A stretch of 37,920 nucleotides of DNA from a virus: the UHGV virus genome UHGV-0126763; one strand, 5' to 3'. The position numbers and the translations under genes are program-made. Under the pieces are notes generated by a model. The model worked only from the letters and a program-made list of their open reading frames with translations, had not been told where the DNA came from and searched no databases. Numbering within the stretch: the stretch's first letter is position 1; every line of letters begins with the position of its first letter. Shown piece after piece: positions 7,505-16,729 of this stretch.

Positions 7505-8877
7505 GACAGGATATCGAAGCGAGCGTTATCGGTGGCCTGCTGATTGGTGGATTAACACCAACCGCCAGCGACGTTCTGGCAACGCTTGAGCCGGAAGCGT
7601 TTTCAATTCCGCTCTACCGGAAAGCCTTCGAGGTTATCCGCAAGCAGGCGCGAAACAGAAACCTAATCGACGCGCTGATGGTTGCCGAGGAGTGCGGAGA
7701 GGAGCATTTCACGTCAATCCTGATGACCAGCAAAAACTGCCCGAGTGCCGCAAACCTGAAGGGATATGCCGGAATGGTCGCGGATAACTATCACCGCCGT
7801 CTGGTGCTGGAAATCATGGATGAAATGCGTGAACCAATTCAGAGCGGAACCATCGACGCATCGAGTCAGGCGATGGATGAACTTGTAAAACGTCTCTCAG
7901 CTATCAGAAAGCCCCGTGACGAGGTTAAACCTGTACGGTTAGGGGAAATCATCACTGACTACACTGACACGCTTGACAGGCGTCTGAGGAACGGAGAAGA
8001 GTCAGATACCCTGAAGACCGGAATCGAAGAACTTGACGCCATCACCGGAGGGATGAACGCAGAAGACCTGGTGATTATCGCCGCTCGTCCTGGTATGGGG
8101 AAAACCGAGCTGGCGCTGAAGATTGCCGAAGGCGTTGCAAGCCGCGCTATTCCTGGTTCTGACGTCCGGCGCGGAGTGTTGATTTTCTCGATGGAAATGA
8201 GCGCATTGCAGATTGCAGAGCGAAGCATTGCCAACGCCGGGAGGATGTCGGTTAGCGTGCTGCGAAATCCTGCATCGATGGATGACGAAGGCTGGGCGCG
8301 TGTTGCTAACGGCATGAGTCAGCTTGCAGATTTGGATGTATGGGTAGTCGATGCCTCGCGGTTATCGGTCGAAGAAATACGCTCAATCGCAGAACGGCAC
8401 AAACAGGAAAATCCAAACCTGTCACTCATCATGGCGGATTATCTTGGCCTGATTGAGAAGCCGAAAGCAGACCGCAACGACCTCGCAATTGCTCACATCT
8501 CCGGAAGCCTGAAGGCGATGGCGAAAGACCTGAAAACGCCTGTTATCTCCCTGAGTCAGCTTTCGCGCGATGTTGAGAAGCGACCAAACAAACGCCCGAC
8601 AAACGCAGATTTGCGTGATTCAGGAAGCATTGAACAGGACGCAGACTCAATCATCATGCTCTATCGGGAAGCGGTATATGATGAGAACAGTAGCGCCGCG
8701 CCATTTGCTGAAATCATCGTGACGAAAAACCGTTTTGGCTCGCTTGGTACAGTTTACCAGCGGTTCTGTAACGGACACTTTGTTGCATGTGACCAGGATG
8801 AAGCCAGACAGATTTGCACAACATCAAATGCACCTGCTGCGCGTGGCAGACGATATGCACAAGGGGCTGACGTATGA
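7501..8877 (+). CDS. Replicative DNA helicase, DnaB family (P22 gene 12-like)
   Basis: 458 aa; Walker A GMGKTE; DnaB-like N-terminal [14 protein letters not shown]. Confidence 0.9.
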   Translation: MRQDIEASVIGGLLIGGLTPTASDVLATLEPEAFSIPLYRKAFEVIRKQARNRNLIDALMVAEECGEEHFTSILMTSKNCPSAANLKGYAGMVADNYHRRLVLEIMDEMREPIQSGTIDASSQAMDELVKRLSAIRKPRDEVKPVRLGEIITDYTDTLDRRLRNGEESDTLKTGIEELDAITGGMNAEDLVIIAARPGMGKTELALKIAEGVASRAIPGSDVRRGVLIFSMEMSALQIAERSIANAGRMSVSVLRNPASMDDEGWARVANGMSQLADLDVWVVDASRLSVEEIRSIAERHKQENPNLSLIMADYLGLIEKPKADRNDLAIAHISGSLKAMAKDLKTPVISLSQLSRDVEKRPNKRPTNADLRDSGSIEQDADSIIMLYREAVYDENSSAAPFAEIIVTKNRFGSLGTVYQRFCNGHFVACDQDEARQICTTSNAPAARGRRYAQGADV

Positions 8878-8902
8878 CCATCTACATCACTGAGCTAATA
8901 AC

Positions 8903-8934
8903 AGGCCTGCTGGTAATCGCAGGCCTTTTTATTT
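8903..8934 (+). terminator. Intrinsic terminator after replication genes (tR2-like position)
   Basis: AGGCCTGC-tggtaatc-GCAGGCCT stem-loop followed by TTTTTATTT. Confidence 0.6.
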
Positions 8935-8950
8935 GGGGGAGAGGGAAGTC

Positions 8951-9391
8951 ATGAAAAAACTAACCTTTGAAATTCGATCTCCAGCACATCAGCAAAACGC
9001 TATCCACGCAGTACAGCAAATCCTTCCAGACCCAACCAAACCAATCGTAGTAACCATTCAGGAACGCAACCGCAGCTTAGACCAAAACAGGAAGCTATGG
9101 GCCTGCTTAGGTGACGTCTCTCGTCAGGTTGAATGGCATGGTCGCTGGCTGGATGCAGAAAGCTGGAAGTGTGTGTTTACCGCAGCATTAAAGCAGCAGG
9201 ACGTTGTTCCTAACCTTGCCGGGAATGGTTTTGTGGTAATAGGCCAGTCAACCAGCAGGATGCGTGTAAGCGAATTTGCGGAGTTATTAGAGCTTATACA
9301 GGCATTCGGTACAGAGCGTGGCGTTAAGTGGTCAGACGAAGCGCGACTGGCTCTGGAGTGGAAAGCGCGATGGGGAGACCGGGCAGCATGA
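8951..9391 (+). CDS. ninB: NinB recombination protein
   Basis: Start chosen at [10 protein letters not shown] (ATG 8951, GGGAGAGGGAAG RBS) giving 146 aa, matching lambda NinB length and sequence as recalled; ORF-track start 8933 is upstream in frame. Confidence 0.8.
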   Translation: MKKLTFEIRSPAHQQNAIHAVQQILPDPTKPIVVTIQERNRSLDQNRKLWACLGDVSRQVEWHGRWLDAESWKCVFTAALKQQDVVPNLAGNGFVVIGQSTSRMRVSEFAELLELIQAFGTERGVKWSDEARLALEWKARWGDRAA

Positions 9392-9561
9392 TGCGATGTT
9401 ATCGGTGCGGTGAATGCAAAGAAGATAACCGCTTCCGACCAAATCAACCTTACTGGAATCGATGGTGTCTCCGGTGTGAAAGAACACCAACAGGGGTGTT
9501 ACCACTACCGCAGGAAAAGGAGGACGTGTGGCGAGACAGCGACGAAGTATCACCGACATAA
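9388..9561 (+). CDS. ninD: Small Cys-rich nin-region protein, NinD-like (57 aa)
   Basis: ATGATG start overlapping the ninB stop; [11 protein letters not shown]...WCLRCE zinc-ribbon-like cysteines; length matches lambda NinD. Confidence 0.55.
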
Positions 9562-9704
9562 TCTGTGAAAACTGCAAATACCTTCCAACGAAACGCTCCA
9601 GAAATAAACGCAAGCCAATCCCAAAAGAATCTGACGTAAAAACCTTCAATTACACGGCTCACCTGTGGGATATCCGGTGGCTAAGACATCGTGCGAGGAA
9701 ATGA
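9528..9704 (+). CDS. ninE: NinE-like small protein (58 aa), not in ORF track
   Basis: GTG start 4 nt after AAGGAGG; hand translation [57 protein letters not shown]; overlaps neighbours in other frames. Confidence 0.5.
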
Positions 9705-10081
9705 CAATGGATTATTCACAGTTAAGTGATTTTGAAATTAACTTAAAAGTCGCGCATATCGTGCTAGGAAAAAACAATTACGACTGGGATCCAGAAAAGA
9801 AAGAAGTTTACTTGGCTGGAATTGATGGTGGTGAGTTTTTGCCTTGCGGATATTTTGACCCATGTAATATGGCCGCTGACGCATATCCGATCATCACTGA
9901 AAACAAAATTAGCACCATGTGGATGACAGCGGAAAAAGAATGGTGCGCATGGTCAGGAGGTGATTTAGAGGAAGGTTGTTGGGAATGGGAAAATATTCCT
10001 GGCTACTACTTCTGCGGCGAATCGCCTCTCCGCGCCGCCATGATTGTCTTTCTCATGATGCAGGACGCCAATAATGCTTAG
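9701..10081 (+). CDS. Hypothetical nin-region protein (NinX-like?)
   Basis: Start at MTMDYSQ (ATG 9701, GAGGAA RBS, ATGA overlap with NinE-like stop); ORF-track start 9665 is in frame upstream. Confidence 0.55.
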
Positions 10082-10250
10082 CCCATCCCAATCCCTTCAA
10101 TACCAGAAAGAAAGCGTCGAGCGGGCTTTAACGTGCGCTAACTGCGGCCAGAAGCTGCATGTGCTGGAAGTTCACGTGTGTGAGCACTGCTGCGCAGAAC
10201 TGATGAGCGATCCGAATAGCTCAATGTACGAGGAAGAAGACGATGAGTGA
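10074..10250 (+). CDS. ninF: NinF-like small Cys-rich protein (58 aa), not in ORF track
   Basis: Hand translation [58 protein letters not shown]; stop overlaps next gene start. Confidence 0.5.
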   Translation: MLSPSQSLQYQKESVERALTCANCGQKLHVLEVHVCEHCCAELMSDPNSSMYEEEDDE

Positions 10251-10512
10251 TTTCTCTGAGCTTATTTCCTTCAAAAAAGACAGAGAAGAAATGCGGACTG
10301 AATCTGTCTATTACGTTCAACACCGGAATAAACGCTCTGTGCTTGATCAGGAGCTGGTTATTACCGGAGACCTGGCATTCAGAACATATAAGGCCAGCAT
10401 GGAAATGAAGGATTTCCCTAAATGTGGTTCTGAAAGAGAAGCCGCGTTAAAGCTGGCTGAGTGGATGCAGAGAATGGCTGCTGCAATTGAGAATTACTGG
10501 AGTGAACCATAA
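10243..10512 (+). CDS. Hypothetical nin-region protein
   Basis: 89-aa ORF, translationally coupled on both sides. Confidence 0.55.
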   Translation: MSDFSELISFKKDREEMRTESVYYVQHRNKRSVLDQELVITGDLAFRTYKASMEMKDFPKCGSEREAALKLAEWMQRMAAAIENYWSEP

Positions 10513-10802
10513 TGGCTAACCTACGCAAAGAAGCACGCGGCAGAGAATGCCAGGTACGTATTTACGGCGTATGCAATGGCAACCCTGAAACTACAGTTCT
10601 GGCACATTACCGGATGGCTGGAATTTGCGGAACGGGAATGAAGCCTGACGACCTGATCGGTGCATGGGCTTGTAGTGCGTGTCACGATGAAATCGACCGA
10701 CGCACCCATAATCTCGACAACAAAGACGCCAGACTTTACCACCTCGAAGGCGTGATCAGAACGCAGGCGATACTGCTGAGGGAGGGGAAGATTAAGTCAT
10801 GA
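10512..10802 (+). CDS. DUF1364-like protein (YbcO-like, putative nuclease)
   Basis: 96 aa; RGRECQVRI...CNGNPETTVLAHYR...CSACHDEIDRR cysteine/histidine pattern recalled from DLP12 YbcO. Confidence 0.6.
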   Translation: MANLRKEARGRECQVRIYGVCNGNPETTVLAHYRMAGICGTGMKPDDLIGAWACSACHDEIDRRTHNLDNKDARLYHLEGVIRTQAILLREGKIKS

Positions 10803-11161
10803 ACGAATATCAGTTTGTGCTTCCATACCCGCCATCGGTGAATACCTACTGGCGAAGACGGGGAAGCCAATACTACATCAGCGATAAAGGCCAGAAATAC
10901 CGAAAAGACGTTCAGCAAATCATCCGCCAACTCAAGTTAGATATTTTCACCAAATCACGACTCCGCATCAAAGTCATCGCAGACGTTCCAGACTCCCGCC
11001 GCCGCGACCTCGACAACATCCTGAAAGGTTTACTCGACTCCCTTATCCACGCCGGATTTGCGGAAGACGACGAGCAATTCGATGACATTCGCGTAATTCG
11101 TGGCGTGAAAGTACCAGGCGGAAGGCTTGGAATAAAAATCACCGAACTGGAGAACGCATGA
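10799..11161 (+). CDS. rusA: Holliday junction resolvase RusA
   Basis: 120 aa; DSRRRDLDNILKGLLDSL and GGRLGIKITE motifs match RusA catalytic region as recalled. Confidence 0.85.
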   Translation: MNEYQFVLPYPPSVNTYWRRRGSQYYISDKGQKYRKDVQQIIRQLKLDIFTKSRLRIKVIADVPDSRRRDLDNILKGLLDSLIHAGFAEDDEQFDDIRVIRGVKVPGGRLGIKITELENA

Positions 11162-11346
11162 ACGCCACAATTCAAACGATACCAGAGCTTCTTATCCAGA
11201 CACGAGGCAATCAGACCGAAGTGGCGAGGATGCTTTCCTGCGCAAGAGGAACAGTGCTCAAGTACAACCGAGACAGCAAAGGCGAGCGTCACGTAATAGT
11301 TAACGGCGTCCTGATGGTCAAACAGGGCAAGAGGGGTAGACCATGA
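11158..11346 (+). CDS. ninH: NinH-like small DNA-binding protein
   Basis: 62-aa ORF immediately upstream of Q, coupled to rusA stop. Confidence 0.5.
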   Translation: MNATIQTIPELLIQTRGNQTEVARMLSCARGTVLKYNRDSKGERHVIVNGVLMVKQGKRGRP

Positions 11347-11966
11347 GACTCGAAAGTGTAGCTAAATTTCATTCGCCAAAAAGCCCGATGATGAGCGACT
11401 CACCACGGGCTACGGCTTCTGACTCTCTTTCCGGTACTGATGTGATGGCTGCTATGGGGATGGCGCAATCACAAGCCGGATTCGGAATGGCTGCATTCTG
11501 CGGTAAGCATGAACTCAGCCAGAACGACAAACAAAAGGCTATCAACTATCTGATGCAATTTGCACACAAGGTATCGGGGAAATACCGTGGTGTGGCAAAG
11601 CTCGAAGGAAATACTAAGGCAAAGGTACTGCAAGTGCTCGCAACATTCGCTTATGCGGATTATTGCCGTAGTGCCGCGACGCCGGGCGCAAGATGCAGAG
11701 ATTGTCACGGTACAGGCCGTGCGGTTGATATAGCAAAAACAGAGCAGTGGGGGAGAGTTGTTGAGAAAGAATGCGGAAGATGCAAAGGTGTCGGCTATTC
11801 AAGAATGCCAGCAAGCGCCGCATATCGCGCTGTGACGATGCTAATCCCAAACCTTACCCAACCCACCTGGTCACGCACTGTTAAGCCGCTGTATGACGCT
11901 CTGGTGGTGCAATGCCACAAAGAAGAGTCAATCGCAGACAACATTTTGAATGCGGTCACACGTTAG
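11343..11966 (+). CDS. Q: Late gene antiterminator Q (lambda-type)
   Basis: 207 aa; MRLESVAKFHSPKSPMMSDSPRATASD and CRDCHGTGRAVD zinc motif match lambda Q as recalled; followed by PR'-like promoter. Confidence 0.9.
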   Translation: MRLESVAKFHSPKSPMMSDSPRATASDSLSGTDVMAAMGMAQSQAGFGMAAFCGKHELSQNDKQKAINYLMQFAHKVSGKYRGVAKLEGNTKAKVLQVLATFAYADYCRSAATPGARCRDCHGTGRAVDIAKTEQWGRVVEKECGRCKGVGYSRMPASAAYRAVTMLIPNLTQPTWSRTVKPLYDALVVQCHKEESIADNILNAVTR

Positions 11967-12008
11967 CAGCATGATTGCCACGGATGGCAACATATTAACG
12001 GCATGATA

Positions 12009-12050
12009 TTGACTTTTTGAATAAAGTTGGGTAAATTTGACTCAACGATG
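12009..12050 (+). promoter_or_regulatory. PR' late promoter with qut region
   Basis: TTGACT -35 at 12009-12014, 17-nt spacer, TAAATT -10 at 12032-12037, then TTGACTCAACGATGG as in lambda PR'/qut as recalled. Confidence 0.6.
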
Positions 12051-12072
12051 GATAAATGCACTCGTTAAATAA

Positions 12073-12108
12073 AGCCCTGAGTTAATAGCTCGGGGCTTTT
12101 TGCGTTTT
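12073..12108 (+). terminator. Intrinsic terminator downstream of PR' (tR'-like, non-lambda sequence)
   Basis: AGCCCTGAG-ttaatag-CTCGGGGCT stem (one G-U) followed by TTTTTGCGTTTT. Confidence 0.55.
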
Positions 12109-12399
12109 AAGCACGGCCTTTCTGAAAGCACATCAAACCAAATACCAGACAGACAAAAATAATCACCTTATCCGCTGTGGCTACGGTGCGGTGTGCTTTG
12201 CATAAAAGAAAACCAGCGCAATGGCTGGCTTCGTGAAAGCGGGTGGCAAGAAGTTGCGCTAACAACCTCATGCCGTTTTGCCCGTGCATATCGGTCACGA
12301 ACAAATCTGATTACTAAACACAGTAGCCTGGATTTGTTCTATCAGTAATCGACCTTATTCCTAATTAAATAGAGCAAATCCCCTTATTGGGGGTAAGAC

Positions 12400-12723
12400 A
12401 TGAAGATGCCAGAAAAACATGACCTGTTAGCCGCCATTCTCGCGGCAAAGGAACAAGGCATCGGGGCAATCCTTGCGTTTGCAATGGCGTACCTTCGCGG
12501 CAGATATAATGGCGGTGCGTTTACAAAAACAGTAATCGACGCAACGATGTGCGCCATTATCGCCTGGTTCATTCGTGACCTTCTCGACTTCGCCGGACTA
12601 AGTAGCAATCTCGCTTATATAACGAGCGTGTTCATCGGCTACATCGGTACTGACTCGATTGGTTCGCTTATCAAACGCTTCGCTGCTAAAAAAGCCGGAG
12701 TAGAAGATGGTGGAAATCAATAA
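12400..12723 (+). CDS. S: Holin S (class I, dual-start MKM)
   Basis: 107 aa; [22 protein letters not shown] matches lambda S as recalled; upstream leader also lambda-like. Confidence 0.9.
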   Translation: MKMPEKHDLLAAILAAKEQGIGAILAFAMAYLRGRYNGGAFTKTVIDATMCAIIAWFIRDLLDFAGLSSNLAYITSVFIGYIGTDSIGSLIKRFAAKKAGVEDGGNQ

Positions 12724-13183
12724 TCAACGTAAGGCGTTCCTCGATATGCTGGCGTGGTCAGAGGGAACTGATAACGGACGGCAGAAAACCAGAAATCATG
12801 GTTATGACGTCATTGTAGGAGGAGAGCTATTCACTGATTACTCCGATCACCCTCGCAAACTTGTCACGCTAAACCCCAAACTCAAATCAACAGCAGCCGG
12901 ACGTTACCAGCTTCTTTCCCGTTGGTGGGATGCCTATCGTAAGCAGCTTGGCCTGAAAGACTTCTCTCCGAAAAGCCAGGACGCTGTTGCGCTGCAGCAG
13001 ATTAAGGAGCGTGGCGCTTTACCGATGATTGATCGCGGTGATATCCGTCAGGCTATCGACCGTTGCAGCAATATCTGGGCTTCACTGCCGGGTGCTGGTT
13101 ATGGTCAGTTCGAGCATAAGGCAGACAGCCTGATTGCAAAATTCAAAGAAGCAGGCGGAACGGTCAGAGAGATTGAGGTATGA
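12707..13183 (+). CDS. R: Endolysin R (lambda-type lytic transglycosylase)
   Basis: 158 aa; [26 protein letters not shown] matches lambda R as recalled; overlaps S stop. Confidence 0.9.
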   Translation: MVEINNQRKAFLDMLAWSEGTDNGRQKTRNHGYDVIVGGELFTDYSDHPRKLVTLNPKLKSTAAGRYQLLSRWWDAYRKQLGLKDFSPKSQDAVALQQIKERGALPMIDRGDIRQAIDRCSNIWASLPGAGYGQFEHKADSLIAKFKEAGGTVREIEV

Positions 13184-13617
13184 GTAGAGTAACCGCGATT
13201 ATCTCCGCTCTGGTTATCTGCATCATCGTCTGCCTGTCATGGGCTGTTAATCATTACCGTGATAATGCAATCGCCTACAAAGAGCAGCGCGATAAAGCCA
13301 CATCCATCATCGCTGATATGCAGAAGCGGCAACATGATGTAGCAGAACTCGACGCCAGATACACAAAGGAGCTTGCTGATGCTAACGCGACTATCGAAAG
13401 TCTCCGTGCTGATGTTTCTGCTGGTCGTAAGCGCCTGCAAGTCGCCGCCACCTGTACAAAGTCAACGACCGGAGCCAGCAGCATGGGCGATGGAGAAAGC
13501 CCAAGACTTACAGCAGATGCTGAACTCAATTATTACCGTCTCCGAAGTGGAATCGACAAGATAACCGCGCAGGTTAACTATCTGCAGGAATACATCAGGA
13601 CGCAATGCCTGAAATGA
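13180..13617 (+). CDS. Rz: Spanin inner-membrane subunit Rz
   Basis: 145 aa; N-terminal [25 protein letters not shown] as in lambda Rz; central and C-terminal parts diverge. Confidence 0.8.
   Translation: MSRVTAIISALVICIIVCLSWAVNHYRDNAIAYKEQRDKATSIIADMQKRQHDVAELDARYTKELADANATIESLRADVSAGRKRLQVAATCTKSTTGASSMGDGESPRLTADAELNYYRLRSGIDKITAQVNYLQEYIRTQCLK
13373..13564 (+). CDS. Rz1: Spanin outer-membrane lipoprotein Rz1 (embedded in Rz, +1 frame)
   Basis: Signal peptide with lipobox-like VVSAC then proline-rich [13 protein letters not shown]; wholly inside Rz in another frame. Confidence 0.65.
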   Translation: MLMLTRLSKVSVLMFLLVVSACKSPPPVQSQRPEPAAWAMEKAQDLQQMLNSIITVSEVESTR

Positions 13618-13653
13618 TCGGGCGATGAAAACCAAAAAAAACAGGAGCAATAC

Positions 13654-13929
13654 ATGACTAAGCTTTATCACCGCATCTCAACTTTTCTCTCTGGTTGCTG
13701 GGCGTTTATCACGTCTATTTCGTTCGCCATCTTTAGTTTCGGTAGCACAGCGTGCTCGCTTAGTCGGGGTCTGTGGCGTGCTATTTCAGCACTAGCGCCG
13801 AAATTTTTACCTGAAAAGGCTGTTTGGCGAATTGTAGAGCGAATGTGTAGTGAGAGCGTTCGCGAGAAGATTAACGTATTTGGACGTCATCCTCGAAATA
13901 CAGGCGCATTGTGCAGTCCGTTACTGTAG
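13654..13929 (+). CDS. Questionable hypothetical ORF after lysis genes
   Basis: 91-aa ORF with AGGAG RBS, but Cys/Ser/Trp-rich composition looks weakly protein-like; may be non-coding. Confidence 0.25.
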   Translation: MTKLYHRISTFLSGCWAFITSISFAIFSFGSTACSLSRGLWRAISALAPKFLPEKAVWRIVERMCSESVREKINVFGRHPRNTGALCSPLL

Positions 13930-14291
13930 TCATTACAAAGCCCATCTACGGGTGGGCTTGATAATGAAACCGGAATTTATTCTGGGCAACCAGTTACGGC
14001 AGTGCCGCGAAACAACCCAAGCCAGAAAGTGGGGAAATAACACTGGCAGCCACTGAAAGATGAACCTCCAGCCTTATGGCAAAAAAGATTCTTTGTGGTG
14101 GCGGACTGATGGAAAGACATCGGTTATTGCAGAGACCATTCAATGAGTGGTCTCGACAATGGCTTATACCCTACACGGGATAACTTAACTGATATCCCCA
14201 CAAGCGGATAAAGAGGTCCCTCAATGTCAGGAATCTACTTTTAGTCCTAGTAATGATGAACTAGATATCAGTTGAGTCGCTTGGGTGGTGA

Positions 14292-14528
14292 TTACGATTC
14301 TGCTTCAAACTCAGAAATTAGTTGATGAACACGTTCAGTATATGATGGGTTAGAACCTAGAAACTCTTCCACTGTCTGAATGGTTTCATCACCCTCCCAT
14401 TCAAAATGGCTCACAGGTGACGAATGACCAGCCCTGACTTGGTAGGAGCCATTGTCCAATTTGTCCAGGAATATATAAGTTTCATTATCATGACCTGTAT
14501 TTCGGTAAAAAATTTGCTTTGAGTTCAT
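14292..14528 (-). CDS. Small acidic hypothetical protein, opposite-strand moron between lysis and packaging
   Basis: 78 aa, ATG with AGGA RBS 9 nt upstream, antisense to the late operon; start only 24 bp from the divergent terS start. Confidence 0.5.
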   Translation of the reverse strand: MNSKQIFYRNTGHDNETYIFLDKLDNGSYQVRAGHSSPVSHFEWEGDETIQTVEEFLGSNPSYTERVHQLISEFEAES

Positions 14529-14552
14529 TAAAGAAATCCTCTAGAGAAAACT

Positions 14553-15104
14553 ATGGCACTCACCGACAAACAAGAGATGTTCTGTCGCGAGTACCTCATC
14601 GATTTAAACGCCACACAAGCGGCTATTCGGGCGGGGTACAGCGCAAAGACAGCTAACCGTACCGCATCCGAAAACCTGTCAAAACCTGACATACAATTCA
14701 GAATCGCCGAACTGAAAGCGCAACGCAATGATCTTGTTGGTATTAATGCAGAATATGTACTTAATCGCCTTATTGAAATCGACCAGATGGATGTGCTCGA
14801 CATTCTCCTGCAAAACGGTGAGCTAAAGCCCATTAAAGACTGGCCTAAGGTATGGCGCACAACGCTATCAGGAATGGATGTCGTGGAGATAGTATCCGCA
14901 GATAGCGCCGCACTTCTGAAGAAAATCAAATGGCCTGATAAGGTTAAAAACCTTGAGTTGCTCGGGCGTCATGTTTCTGTTCAGGCGTTTAAAGACAATG
15001 TCAAAAATGAAGTGACTGGTGCTGACGGAGGACCAGTCAGAACAGAAATTACCAACTTAACGCCGGAGCAGGCTGCAGAAGCGTATAAAAAAATGATGGG
15101 CTAA
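14553..15104 (+). CDS. Terminase small subunit
   Basis: 183 aa; N-terminal [29 protein letters not shown] typical of P27-family small terminases as recalled. Confidence 0.75.
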   Translation: MALTDKQEMFCREYLIDLNATQAAIRAGYSAKTANRTASENLSKPDIQFRIAELKAQRNDLVGINAEYVLNRLIEIDQMDVLDILLQNGELKPIKDWPKVWRTTLSGMDVVEIVSADSAALLKKIKWPDKVKNLELLGRHVSVQAFKDNVKNEVTGADGGPVRTEITNLTPEQAAEAYKKMMG

Positions 15105-15106
15105 GT

Positions 15107-16729
15107 ATGCCGTTACCATTTCCCTTCGATTTTAAACATCCTGATTACCAGATGGTTTTTGAATGGCGGATGGAACGCTTACAGCGCATTCGCCAGAACC
15201 CTGAAATATTGCCAGCACTAAAACAGTTTTACCGAACCAACCCGGCTCAGTTCATCATCGACTGGGGCATGACAACGGACCCGCGTAATATTGATTATGG
15301 CCTGCCGGTGACCATTCCGTTTTTACTCTTCCCTAAGCAGGAGGAGTGGATCCACTGGATTATGGAACGCTGGGGCAATCGGGAGAATGGTATTACCGAA
15401 AAATCCCGTGAAATGGGGCTCAGTTGGACCGCGATCGGACTGGCATGTTCGCTTTGTCTCTTCAACAAAGAAATGGTTATCGGTTTCGGCTCCCGTAAAG
15501 AGGAATACGTCGACAGCACCGGTGACCCGAAAGCATTGTTCTGGAAGGCGCGCAAGTTCGTGGAAACACTACCTGTAGAGTTTCGCGGTTCGTGGAGCGA
15601 GAAGAAGCACGCGCCATATATGCGTGTTGAGTTTCCTGATACTGGTGCCGTTATCAAAGGCGAGGCTGGCGATAATATTGGTCGTGGTGACCGTACCACG
15701 CTTTATCTGGTTGATGAGGCTGCATTCCTTCAGCGTCCTCTGCTGATTGATGCGGCGTTGTCACAAACGACGCGTTGCCGTATCGACCTGAGTTCAGTTA
15801 ACGGCATGGCTAACCCGTTCGCTCAGAAGCGTCATGGCGGGAAGATACCGGTATTCACATTCCACTGGCGGGATGATCCTCGCAAGGATGAAGAGTGGTA
15901 TCGCAGGGAATGCGAGAAAATCGATAATCCGGTGGTGGTGGCACAGGAACTTGATCTGAACTACAGCGCATCAGCGGAAGGCGTCCTGATTCCATCCGAA
16001 TGGGTACAGGCTGCCGTTGATGCGCATATCAAACTTGGTATCCAGCCAACAGGCAAACGACTTGGCGCGATGGATGTCGCTGATGAAGGCAGGGACAAAA
16101 ATGCATTTTCCACCCGTCATGGCTTCCTCCTGGAAAATGTGCGGGAATGGTCCGGTGTGGGCAGCGACATTTATCAGTCCGTCGAGAAGGTCTTCGGTTT
16201 TTGCGAACAGGACAACCTCGAAGAGTTTCGCTTTGACGAGGACGGGTTGGGCGCTGGCGTTCGCGGCGATGCACGCGCTATCAACGAACTGCGTAACGCT
16301 GCGCGCCGACCGTCAATACTCGCCACACCGTTTCGAGGTAGTGGCGCGGTATTTGATCCGGACGACGAAGCGGTGCGCGGTGACAACGGACAGGCCGCCC
16401 GCCTGAACAAGGACTTCTTCGCTAACGCCAAAGCCCAGAGCTGGTGGCGGTTACGTAAACTTTTTCAGAATACCTGGCGCGCCGTGGTTGAAGGTATGGC
16501 TTACAACCCGGACGAAATCATCTCAATCAGCAGTAGCATGGCACTCAAAGATAAACTCATCATCGAGCTTTCGCAGCCGACCTATTCCATTAATGGTGTG
16601 GGAAAAATCGTTATTGATAAACAGCCTGACGGCACCAAGTCGCCGAACCTCGCCGACTCGGTGATGATCAGCTACGCGCCAATGAATTCAGCCCTGAACA
16701 TCTGGGAGCTGCTAGGGAGACAGGCCTGA
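15107..16729 (+). CDS. Terminase large subunit
   Basis: 540 aa; Walker A-like [11 protein letters not shown] (compare lambda gpA KSARVGYS) and Walker B-like LYLVDEAAF; immediately after small subunit. Confidence 0.8.
   Translation: MPLPFPFDFKHPDYQMVFEWRMERLQRIRQNPEILPALKQFYRTNPAQFIIDWGMTTDPRNIDYGLPVTIPFLLFPKQEEWIHWIMERWGNRENGITEKSREMGLSWTAIGLACSLCLFNKEMVIGFGSRKEEYVDSTGDPKALFWKARKFVETLPVEFRGSWSEKKHAPYMRVEFPDTGAVIKGEAGDNIGRGDRTTLYLVDEAAFLQRPLLIDAALSQTTRCRIDLSSVNGMANPFAQKRHGGKIPVFTFHWRDDPRKDEEWYRRECEKIDNPVVVAQELDLNYSASAEGVLIPSEWVQAAVDAHIKLGIQPTGKRLGAMDVADEGRDKNAFSTRHGFLLENVREWSGVGSDIYQSVEKVFGFCEQDNLEEFRFDEDGLGAGVRGDARAINELRNAARRPSILATPFRGSGAVFDPDDEAVRGDNGQAARLNKDFFANAKAQSWWRLRKLFQNTWRAVVEGMAYNPDEIISISSSMALKDKLIIELSQPTYSINGVGKIVIDKQPDGTKSPNLADSVMISYAPMNSALNIWELLGRQA

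Noticed and set aside
7959-8315. 118-aa minus-strand ORF inside the helicase gene
   Set aside because: Entirely antisense to a well-supported DnaB-family gene with Walker A motif.
12107-12304. 65-aa minus-strand ORF between Q and S
   Set aside because: Lies in the PR'/terminator/S-leader region that is regulatory; no RBS; antisense to the late transcript.
13850-14056. 68-aa plus-strand ORF in the lysis-terminase gap
   Set aside because: No RBS, overlaps a hairpin, Arg/Cys-rich composition; likely non-coding.
13618-14552. Lambda cos site and bor gene
   Set aside because: Expected here by analogy to lambda, but the lambda cos sequence as recalled and a Bor-like lipoprotein ORF are not present; the terminase is of a different family.
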